Positions 1-6,697 of a stretch of 20,000 bases of DNA are shown here, in pieces. Origin of the DNA: an uncultured virus (IMG/VR IMGVR_UViG_3300029915_000022) (lineage: Duplodnaviria > Heunggongvirae > Uroviricota > Caudoviricetes). Below the pieces are notes generated by a model. That model did no database searches and had not been told where the DNA came from. It saw only the letters and a program-made list of their open reading frames with translations. The stretch's first letter is position 1; every line of letters begins with the position of its first letter. Both the position numbers and the translations under genes were made by a program. The DNA lies in IMG/VR virus record IMGVR_UViG_3300029915_000022; one strand, written 5' to 3'.

Positions 1-143
1 TTCACGATGAACTCGACTTCTCCCATGCTGGCGGATTTGAACGCGAACTTGAGGAGACTAAACGCGCCATGGAGACCGCGGTTAAACTCACCGTCCCAAT
101 CCTTTGCGAAAAGAAAATTGCGGCCCATTGGGGCGCGTGCTAA
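1..143 (+). CDS. DNA polymerase family A, C-terminal fragment (gene begins left of the window)
   Basis: Manual translation from nt 3 gives HDELDFSHAGGFERELEETKRAMETAVKLTVPILCEKKIAAHWGAC*, with TAA at 141-143. HDEL matches PolA motif C, and M...L.VP........W matches the typical PolA C-terminus. Confidence 0.88.
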   Translation, partial: HDELDFSHAGGFERELEETKRAMETAVKLTVPILCEKKIAAHWGAC

Positions 144-147
144 TCGC

Positions 148-177
148 TGGTTATAGGGCGGCGCATGGCCCTAGCCA
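148..177 (+). terminator. Small hairpin directly after the polymerase stop codon (possible weak terminator or processing site)
   Basis: TAGGGC (154-159) pairs with GCCCTA (168-173); TGGT/GCCA extends the stem. There is no good U-tract. Confidence 0.3.
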
Positions 178-237
178 ATTAAACAACCATGTAACCGTAC
201 CCCTGCAACTATACTACCTTGTTACCAAGGAGAACCA

Positions 238-498
238 ATGGAAGATTCAAAGACGCCAGAAGTAAACTTCAAGACCACTACGGACCTCGTTGCTTACTTC
301 GAGGCGGATTCCTGCATGAAGCACTGTATCGCTTCTGCCCAACACATGGGATCTATTGGTCAGGAGCAGATCCAAGCGTTCTTTATCGTTCAGGCAACCG
401 GGTTCCAAAAGTTCATCCAGGAGCTCATTCGCAGGAACTCTTCTGGAATCCAGGTTGTCGGAGCGATTCCAAATGGCGTCAAGCCTCCTGGAGCGTAG
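238..498 (+). CDS. Hypothetical protein (86 aa)
   Basis: Strong SD (AAGGAG) before the ATG, normal protein-like composition, and it ends just before the terminator hairpin. Confidence 0.75.
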   Translation: MEDSKTPEVNFKTTTDLVAYFEADSCMKHCIASAQHMGSIGQEQIQAFFIVQATGFQKFIQELIRRNSSGIQVVGAIPNGVKPPGA

Positions 499-504
499 GC
501 AACG

Positions 505-542
505 CAAATAGGGCCGACTCCCGAAGGAACCGGCCCTATTTG
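505..542. terminator. Intrinsic terminator, probably bidirectional, between the converging replication and late modules
   Basis: A perfect 12-bp inverted repeat CAAATAGGGCCG/CGGCCCTATTTG encloses an inner stem that reads TCC-TTCG-GGA (cUUCGg tetraloop) on the - strand. It lies between convergent stop codons at 498 and 561. Confidence 0.85.
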
Positions 543-560
543 GTTATGTCCACAAGAAGT

Positions 561-1142
561 CTAACAGTGCGGCGTCAGGGTGAACGGCCCGGAGGTCGGG
601 TAATCCGGAGATGCGCCGGATGTAAAGATCACCTTGATACTGTAGTAGTACCGTCCAGGCACAGTTGAAGCGGTGTCGCTTTCGTTCATAGCAATCTGAG
701 CTTCCCCGAGCGTGGCCGAAATGATACTAATATCGCCATTCAGTAAACTCTTCTGGAAAATCAGAATGCTGGATGGGAGCGGTCCCATTCGAACCGTCAA
801 GATAATGTCTTCGACATTATCTAGATTGATTGGCGTGGTGCGATCTGCCGAATCAAGGTACGTCCAGCCGATCGGCATCCCAGAACCGCACGGTCTTACA
901 ATCGGCGTTGCGGCTTGTCCAGGCATCCGGTAGACTCCATAGATCATCGCGATATCTCGTAGACCGAGAATCTCGTAGTGGGGAAGAAAGGACTCAACCG
1001 ATACGATATCTTGTAGACCAAGAATATCGTTGAGCGGCTCCTGGAACGGCGGGAGCGTTGTGGTTACAGGAGGCTCTTCCTCCCTTAAAAGAAGAAGCAG
1101 GAAGAGATCGTCTTCGTCCTGCTTATTCCAAAGGAAGTTCAT
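561..1142 (-). CDS. Putative virion accessory protein with a C-terminal Ig-like/BppU-like beta-sandwich; possible alternative start at 926
   Basis: The C-terminal ~120 aa (PINLDN..IILTVR...G.AQIAM..SDT...PGRYYYSIKV) resemble the BppU-type N-terminal domains of phage structural proteins. An internal ATG at 926 has its own GGAG SD. Confidence 0.55.
   Translation of the reverse strand: MNFLWNKQDEDDLFLLLLLREEEPPVTTTLPPFQEPLNDILGLQDIVSVESFLPHYEILGLRDIAMIYGVYRMPGQAATPIVRPCGSGMPIGWTYLDSADRTTPINLDNVEDIILTVRMGPLPSSILIFQKSLLNGDISIISATLGEAQIAMNESDTASTVPGRYYYSIKVIFTSGASPDYPTSGPFTLTPHC
950..1030. repeat. Two 27-bp quasi-palindromic direct repeats separated by 27 bp
   Basis: 950-976 is CGATATCTCGTAGACCGAGAATCTCGT and 1004-1030 is CGATATCTTGTAGACCAAGAATATCGT (24/27 identical). 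Confidence 0.85.
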
Positions 1143-1150
1143 CCTTTACC

Positions 1151-1651
1151 TCAGTTGGACTGGTAGAGCCGAAGGCAATAGTCGAAGAGCTCTCCGGGTT
1201 CCGTGAGCTCAGGCGAAAGCGTGTAGACTTCCGGGTAGGTCGGCTCAAGGCGAAGAGTCCGAACCACCAGGGCAGAGCACATAGATGCGTGAGCACCTGA
1301 GAATGCGGTCCGCCACTTCAGGCCAGCCTTTTTCGCGAGGTCGTTGAGCCCTGCGCAGATGTCTGCTTCCCAATCGTACGAGTATCCGGTGTATCGCTTG
1401 ATCGATTCTTTCAGTGCGGCGGTAAGATCCACTTTGGGATCAAAGGTCGCCACTACCTTTCGATTCTCAAGTGCAAGGCCGAACTCGGCGAGCTCCAGAA
1501 CCGGACCTCGGCTATCAGCTTGGTAGACGAGCTGCCCCCATTCTGATTCGATCAGAAAGAACGCGTGGGAAACCTTCGCGCTCGTAATCTTTTCGATTAC
1601 CTGGGAGTCGAGATCCGAACTTGTTGAAAACCCGATAAGGATCTTACTCAT
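1151..1651 (-). CDS. Circularly permuted papain-like NlpC/P60 hydrolase (YiiX/YebB-like)
   Basis: Motif order is I...T....SHA (His first), then Y.YDW, then MCSALV (Cys later), then a terminal TEPGEL, as in permuted NlpC/P60 enzymes. Confidence 0.8.
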   Translation of the reverse strand: MSKILIGFSTSSDLDSQVIEKITSAKVSHAFFLIESEWGQLVYQADSRGPVLELAEFGLALENRKVVATFDPKVDLTAALKESIKRYTGYSYDWEADICAGLNDLAKKAGLKWRTAFSGAHASMCSALVVRTLRLEPTYPEVYTLSPELTEPGELFDYCLRLYQSN

Positions 1652-1875
1652 TGGCCAGTGCCTCCACCAATGCCATCCGACGCATGAGTGAAGTACGCCG
1701 CGATGTCCGTATCGGCTTGCGCAAGGGTGGTTCTGGCAAGGGTAAAGGTTCTCGTCACAGGGTTCCCGTTATCGTCAAGCCACGACAAGGTGAGAGTATT
1801 CATCCCGGGTCGAGGGTCGACAGTGAACGTAGCTCCTGACTTATCGTCGATTGCTTGCTGAGGAAGAATGGGCAT
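1648..1875 (-). CDS. Hypothetical protein (75 aa)
   Basis: GGAG SD, ATGA overlap with the downstream gene, and it fills the operon gap. Confidence 0.7.
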   Translation of the reverse strand: MPILPQQAIDDKSGATFTVDPRPGMNTLTLSWLDDNGNPVTRTFTLARTTLAQADTDIAAYFTHASDGIGGGTGQ

Positions 1876-1885
1876 TGGAGTCTCC

Positions 1886-3466
1886 TTATCTAGAAAGGAA
1901 GGTTAAGGGTTCACGGAAATGAACTAGATCGATTGGAGGCGAGGCGTCGCACCCGACCCCCATCAGGGACATTGTGCATGTGGAGCTTGGGCTGGTCAGC
2001 AAGATCTCCGCGAATCCGACAGTCCAACTCGTTGGAGTGGCTGTGTTCGACGCGCCGATCGTCACGGCAGATGTCCCCGTGCTCCACGCGTTCTCATTCC
2101 ATAGGATACCAGTTGCCCCGGATGTATTGTTATTTGCAATGGTTGCTTGCGGTGTCGTGGTTGGAGTGCGGCTAGTTTGATTCGCGCTATCTACGCCCCC
2201 ACCTAAGAGCAGACTTCCCTTTGCCGCCGGAGTGATCGTAATCGCCGCCGGACCCGAGCTGGTGGCCCCACACTGGAAATTCGCAGGCAACGTTTTTTCT
2301 GAATAAAGAGGTGCAACTACGAATATTGTACTTGAGATCAGCGAGGTCGCAGTGAATGTGGCAGTGACCGTCTTGCTTGAAGCCTGACTCGTTGTTACTG
2401 CGCACCACTCGTCTACCAATGCAGTCGTTCCATTCATGCATGGGGCGCCGAAAACATGCTGCCAACCCGCACTCGTTTTGGAGATTCCGCTATCGGAAAT
2501 GGCGACGCTAGAGCTGGTAAGTCCGACGCCTTGAACTTCCACCATTGCGCATAGAAGTTCAGACGGTGCCGACGTTGATCGGCTGGGGGAAGTCGTATTG
2601 GTGGTTGCTGTCGTAGTGCTGTGGCCCGGACAACTCGGAATAATGCCCGAGCTATTATTAGTTGCAGTTGGGCACCAGACGGGATCTACACCCACGTTTA
2701 CAGACGCGTCGAAGATCTCTACGGGATAACCGGACCAAGTTTGGGTTACGACGGCAGGACTAGCAGAGGCAACCAGGCTGCCTCCGGTGCCAAGAGGCGA
2801 AGTCATTAGCCACAGCGCATGAGAATTTGCGGCATCGAGCACCTGATAAGTCACGGTCCCGCTAATTGCCGTTCGTGACGTTGCGCTATGCGAGTCGGCG
2901 AACCCAGCAAATGAATAATTATTTGCAGTCGTGAGTCCGCTAGGGTTCGCCGTCGCTGTAGTTCCCGTGTCGGTTCCGCCCTGCGCTTTCCCGATTGTCG
3001 CGGGAGATCCAAATACCAGCGGGACGCCAACTATATCTTGCACCACTCCGCTAGTAGTGGTGGCCGAGAAGTTACAAGTGACTCCCGTTAGCGCAGACGA
3101 CGTATAGGCGAAGAACGAAGCAGAGCACGTTGGTGTAGTGGTTGAACACTCAGTTCCTACGTTGCTAACCGAGACGAGGAAAGTTCCTGAGCCTCCCGTG
3201 AAGGTTGGCGTTGCGAACGAGATTGTTCCAGCCGTCGCAATAGCCATCACGTGGATCTCAATCAACTCAATCCCGTTCATCGCGGCGGGTGGCGCGGTCG
3301 AAAATGAAGACGTGGAAGCGGTGGTGGTGGTGCCCGATCCGAGGATATTGCTGGCCACAGGACACGATCCCGCCCCGGTTGGGCAAGCTGACGTGTCGAA
3401 CGTGAGAGCTGCGCGCGCGGAGCCGGAGCACAGGAGCAGTGCCAGGAGGATCTTAACGGCACGCAT
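1886..3466 (-). CDS. Exported Ser/Thr-rich protein with two tandem ~230-aa beta-rich domains
   Basis: Preferred start is ATG 3466 (GGAGG SD 8 nt upstream), giving the signal peptide MRAVKILLALLLCSGSARA|AL. Both halves show D...CPT...SCP, DS....TSRT and W....(V/A)EI. Confidence 0.75.
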   Translation of the reverse strand: MRAVKILLALLLCSGSARAALTFDTSACPTGAGSCPVASNILGSGTTTTASTSSFSTAPPAAMNGIELIEIHVMAIATAGTISFATPTFTGGSGTFLVSVSNVGTECSTTTPTCSASFFAYTSSALTGVTCNFSATTTSGVVQDIVGVPLVFGSPATIGKAQGGTDTGTTATANPSGLTTANNYSFAGFADSHSATSRTAISGTVTYQVLDAANSHALWLMTSPLGTGGSLVASASPAVVTQTWSGYPVEIFDASVNVGVDPVWCPTATNNSSGIIPSCPGHSTTTATTNTTSPSRSTSAPSELLCAMVEVQGVGLTSSSVAISDSGISKTSAGWQHVFGAPCMNGTTALVDEWCAVTTSQASSKTVTATFTATSLISSTIFVVAPLYSEKTLPANFQCGATSSGPAAITITPAAKGSLLLGGGVDSANQTSRTPTTTPQATIANNNTSGATGILWNENAWSTGTSAVTIGASNTATPTSWTVGFAEILLTSPSSTCTMSLMGVGCDASPPIDLVHFREPLTFLSR

Positions 3467-4808
3467 ACATTCCACCTCCGCTCACGTTCGTAGATCCTCC
3501 GACGGCTACACAGACATTCTGCGAAACGGTCGCTGTCGCGTTAATCGGGTGGCCAGCAGAAGGGGCCATACCACCTCCAGCCGCGAAACCCATCGAAGCC
3601 GTCGTATTTCCCCACATGCCGCGAGGTGTTCCGCCAGCGCAGGAGGATCCTGTACCCTCGATAATCGATACGAGCTGAGCAGATCCCGACGAAGAATTGA
3701 CAAGCGTTAAAGAGCAGATATAGATCTGTTTCCCTGAGCAAAGCGGAATGATGATTGCGGTGCTCGCCGTTGAGAAGGAAAATGGAGTATCACAGACGAT
3801 CGCCGTCGAGGTTCCGTCAGACAACTTGAAGGATCCAATTAGGGCAGACCCCGCAACCAGCCCGATCGTCCCACCAGTCGCCTGCATAACCGCTGAGCCA
3901 AGAGAAGCCAGAATCGCCGCGAGAGTCGTCTGCGACGCAGCCCCCGTAGGCAACGGCTGTGCAGCTCCGTTTGGTGACAAAGAAACTGTAGTCGCCTTGT
4001 CCCCGGCTACAGGAGTGGTCGAGCCGGGCTGAACTTTCGCCGTGTTCGTACCGTCACTGGTCCCAACCCACGGAGTCGCGTTCGCAGATCCTTGATTCGC
4101 GTTTATCGTCGTCGGCGGCGTGAGGGCCGCGAGCTGGAGCGCCGTGAGAACAACAGGCCACGACCCCGCAGCTAGGGCTTGTCCCTGAGCTGGGATCTTG
4201 TCCGTGTCCGTCTTGATCGCGGCGAGGTTGCCTCCGGACTCGAGAGCGAGCAAAGAAGTATTGAGATTCGTGCCCGCGTTGGCGGTGAACGCAGTGTTGC
4301 TGATCGAGCCGATTGCAGACGCTCCTCCGCCAAGGATCACGGTCGGGTTGACCGCGAACGCAGGCAACGTTCCCGAGATACCAAAGCTCGTGTTGCTGAT
4401 GCTGCCTCCAGCGATATTGAAGGAAGGCGTCGATGCGAACGGTGGCAGTGTGCCGCTGATCCCAAAGGCGGTGTTCCCGATATTTCCTCCGCCGAGATTG
4501 AACGTAGGTGTAAAAGCGAATGCGGGGAGTGACCCGGTGAGCGATACAGATCCCGACACAGGTTGCGGAGTAGTCCCTGTTGGGTCGATACGAACCGGAT
4601 TCGTCAAAGATCCCAGCGTATTCGATCCATCGTAGAGTTGAACCTTCGCCGACCCGTTGGTAAGAGTGGTGTCCGTTGTAGCCACCGGAGTACCGCCCAA
4701 GAATCCCTGAATCTGCTGAATACCTGGAGCGTTGGTTGCAACTGCGACTCCTGTGGCCACAAGGAGTGCGCCAACAACTCCGGCCAAAACGGCTTTTCCA
4801 TTCGTCAT
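3453..4808 (-). CDS. Fibre/appendage-like protein with N-terminal signal peptide, internal 27-aa repeats and a Cys-containing C-terminal beta domain
   Basis: N-terminus MTNGKAVLAGVVGALLVATGVAVA|TN, a Gly/Ser/Thr/Ala-rich body, and tight coupling to the neighbouring genes. Confidence 0.7.
   Translation of the reverse strand: MTNGKAVLAGVVGALLVATGVAVATNAPGIQQIQGFLGGTPVATTDTTLTNGSAKVQLYDGSNTLGSLTNPVRIDPTGTTPQPVSGSVSLTGSLPAFAFTPTFNLGGGNIGNTAFGISGTLPPFASTPSFNIAGGSISNTSFGISGTLPAFAVNPTVILGGGASAIGSISNTAFTANAGTNLNTSLLALESGGNLAAIKTDTDKIPAQGQALAAGSWPVVLTALQLAALTPPTTINANQGSANATPWVGTSDGTNTAKVQPGSTTPVAGDKATTVSLSPNGAAQPLPTGAASQTTLAAILASLGSAVMQATGGTIGLVAGSALIGSFKLSDGTSTAIVCDTPFSFSTASTAIIIPLCSGKQIYICSLTLVNSSSGSAQLVSIIEGTGSSCAGGTPRGMWGNTTASMGFAAGGGMAPSAGHPINATATVSQNVCVAVGGSTNVSGGGMYACR
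4287..4541 (-). repeat. Three tandem ~27-aa protein repeats
   Basis: LTGSLPAFAFTPTFNLGGGNIGNTAFG / ISGTLPPFASTPSFNIAGGSISNTSFG / ISGTLPAFAVNPTVILGGGASAIGSISNTAF. Confidence 0.85.
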
Positions 4809-5102
4809 TTAGAATTCCTCGACAAAGCCGGTTTGACCACCGTCAGCAGAAAAGATCCAGATATCTTGGGAAGTCGGGAGGATCCGGGATTCTTCCCCAG
4901 ATGCGATAACTTTCCCGGTCGACGCATTTACGCCGTTGTCGTATCCGTAGTAGATGGGAGATCCGGGGCCAGATCCAATGTCGACGCTTATCCGGGCAAT
5001 TAACCGTCCGGACAACCCAATCGCTGGGACCTTAACCGGCGTGTTCGCGGTTAAAGGACCCCAAGCCGTTAGTTTCGCAGCGGTTGAGAATGGTGTCGAC
5101 AT
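4809..5102 (-). CDS. Small beta-rich hypothetical protein (possible appendage base or decoration protein)
   Basis: 97 aa with a GAGG SD; its stop abuts the next ATG. The function is inferred only from size, composition and position before a fibre-like gene. Confidence 0.55.
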   Translation of the reverse strand: MSTPFSTAAKLTAWGPLTANTPVKVPAIGLSGRLIARISVDIGSGPGSPIYYGYDNGVNASTGKVIASGEESRILPTSQDIWIFSADGGQTGFVEEF

Positions 5103-5112
5103 TTGGCCTCAG

Positions 5113-5850
5113 TTAGAAGCTAAGCGACGGGCCGAAAACGAGACGAGCTGCAACGTCCCCGATAAAGCCCTTCCACCACCCGAAAGACGCATAGCCATTC
5201 AGGACGCTTGCGACAACCCCGATGGATACCTGTTGCGCGACGAAGTCCACCCTTCCGCACGCGTTCAAACCAACCGAGTACCACTGGCCCTTCCACGCAG
5301 TCGCATTGTAGCAGAGCCCCGGTTGGAAGGCTCCTTCAACCTTCTTTGTATGAAGATTGATCGACGTAACAATGACCACCGCGGCTGGTTGGAAACTGAA
5401 GACGCCGACGGTCCCGCCGAACGAAGTCGTCGTCACCGGTGGAGTATCGGACGATGCGACCTTGGGCAGAACCGGTTCAACCTTGACAGGATCCGCATGA
5501 GTCGAAAACGATAGAAGTAGTGTGGCAAGGAAGATCCCAACCAGAACTGGGATCAAGGCGAATCCATTTGGAGGAGTCAATGTAGTCCTTCCGGACCCAA
5601 GTTCGATAGCCATCGGGTGGCCACTCGGAACGGCGGCAAGTAAGGGGAACTTCAGTGGATTCTCGGATTGGGTGTCGTAGTGCTCAGCAATAGAGAACCT
5701 CGCGCACACCAACTTCAGCAAGGCAAGGATCGCCGGAGTGAAGGTCGTGGGGTGCTCAGTCACCATCGTGAAGATGGTCGGCGCGAAGGCAGACGCGATC
5801 AAAATCAGCATCGTCTGATGAGCAACCAAGAATGCGAGAAAGCCGGACAT
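5113..5850 (-). CDS. Lysis-associated membrane protein: holin-like N-terminus, internal hydrophobic signal segment, beta-rich C-terminal domain ending in Phe
   Basis: Directly downstream of the endolysin with an AAGGAG SD. Hydrophobic segments at about aa 1-30, 38-52 and 97-116; the C-terminus is RLVFGPSLSF. Confidence 0.6.
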   Translation of the reverse strand: MSGFLAFLVAHQTMLILIASAFAPTIFTMVTEHPTTFTPAILALLKLVCARFSIAEHYDTQSENPLKFPLLAAVPSGHPMAIELGSGRTTLTPPNGFALIPVLVGIFLATLLLSFSTHADPVKVEPVLPKVASSDTPPVTTTSFGGTVGVFSFQPAAVVIVTSINLHTKKVEGAFQPGLCYNATAWKGQWYSVGLNACGRVDFVAQQVSIGVVASVLNGYASFGWWKGFIGDVAARLVFGPSLSF

Positions 5851-5904
5851 AGAATCTCCTTTGAAGGTAAGTGATCGTCTACTACTTTGGGAAGATTTGC
5901 AATC

Positions 5905-6378
5905 CTATTCTGGATCCTGAACAGGAGTTGACCACAACGCGCATTCGGCTTCCCGGCGGTTGATCAAACCTTGGCTGACCTTAAGCTCGTGAGGCGGCGC
6001 GGGATCCGTCTCTTTGTTCCAGAGACGAATGTGGTCCGGGACTTCCGAAAGACTCCCGGCAAGGGCGAGAGCTCGCGCGGAGCTCGTCGCGAACCTGCGA
6101 AGTCCAATGTTGTACGCCAGGATCACAAGAGCGCTGTACTGGTTGTCATTCAGTATCGCGCCGCGCATAAGCGAATTGATCCCGATGCAGAAAATCTGAA
6201 CGTCTCGGTCGTACGCACGGTCTGCTTGATCCTGGGTCCAAACAAGCCCCATAACAACGTCGGGTCCAGTGTGCCCGTACCCGATTGTCCAGACGAGTTT
6301 CTCGTCTTCATAAGCCTTGAACTTGCAGTCTTCCAGGCGCTTCAAAAGATTCTTTGCACGGTCTGTGAACGTATTCAC
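5905..6378 (-). CDS. Endolysin, glycoside hydrolase family 24 (phage lysozyme)
   Basis: E-x8-D-x5-T triad in EDCKFKAYEDEKLVWTIGYGHTG, plus LNDNQYSALV..AYNIG and GLINRREAE. There is no N-terminal SAR segment. Confidence 0.95.
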   Translation of the reverse strand: MNTFTDRAKNLLKRLEDCKFKAYEDEKLVWTIGYGHTGPDVVMGLVWTQDQADRAYDRDVQIFCIGINSLMRGAILNDNQYSALVILAYNIGLRRFATSSARALALAGSLSEVPDHIRLWNKETDPAPPHELKVSQGLINRREAECALWSTPVQDPE

Positions 6379-6389
6379 GATTCACCAGG

Positions 6390-6418
6390 TTGCAAACGGG
6401 TTAGCCCTTGGTTATACT
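6390..6418 (+). promoter_or_regulatory. Sigma70-type promoter for the antisense lipoprotein gene
   Basis: TTGCAA (6390-6395), a 17-nt spacer and TATACT (6413-6418), followed by a GAGGTG SD and ATG at 6437. Confidence 0.7.
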
Positions 6419-6436
6419 TTTACCAAGAGGTGACAC

Positions 6437-6697
6437 ATGCGCTTTCTAGTTCTTGTGACGCTAGTTTCCTGCGGGGTCTCTACGCAACTCCAAAGTTCGG
6501 CCAATCCTCCGGATTCGGTATGTTCCGAATTCTACTGCCCTTCTGGGTTGATGGAACTCAATGCTCAGTTCCAACCAGCGGAGTGTATTTGCTACTGCAG
6601 TGATTCGCTCCCGCCAGTTGAACTAGATAACCCACTTCCGGTTACGCCACAAGGAATCCAAAATTCCGAATTTCTTTGGAGGACCTTCTGCGGTTAA
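6437..6697 (+). CDS. Small Cys-rich putative lipoprotein (moron-like)
   Basis: MRFLVLVTLVS|C has a lipobox-like signal and five more Cys follow. It has its own promoter and SD, fills the gap between tail fibre and endolysin, and its TAA overlaps the tail fibre TAA. Confidence 0.7.
   Translation: MRFLVLVTLVSCGVSTQLQSSANPPDSVCSEFYCPSGLMELNAQFQPAECICYCSDSLPPVELDNPLPVTPQGIQNSEFLWRTFCG

Noticed and set aside
187..215. Possible promoter for the 238..498 gene (TATACT at 210-215)
   Set aside because: There is no credible -35 hexamer at 16-18 nt spacing and no extended -10 TG.
219..668. 149-aa + strand ORF and 247..507 - strand ORF
   Set aside because: Both overlap the better-supported 238..498 gene. 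The longer one runs through the terminator and into the convergent gene.
950..1030. Calling the repeat pair a true CRISPR array
   Set aside because: There are only two imperfect repeats, no third copy at the 54-nt period on either side, no cas genes, and it lies within an open reading frame. It is kept only as a repeat and a finding.
3421..3466. Lipoprotein signal at LLLC in the 1886..3466 protein
   Set aside because: LLLC is a poor lipobox, and the downstream ARA|A signal peptidase I site fits better.
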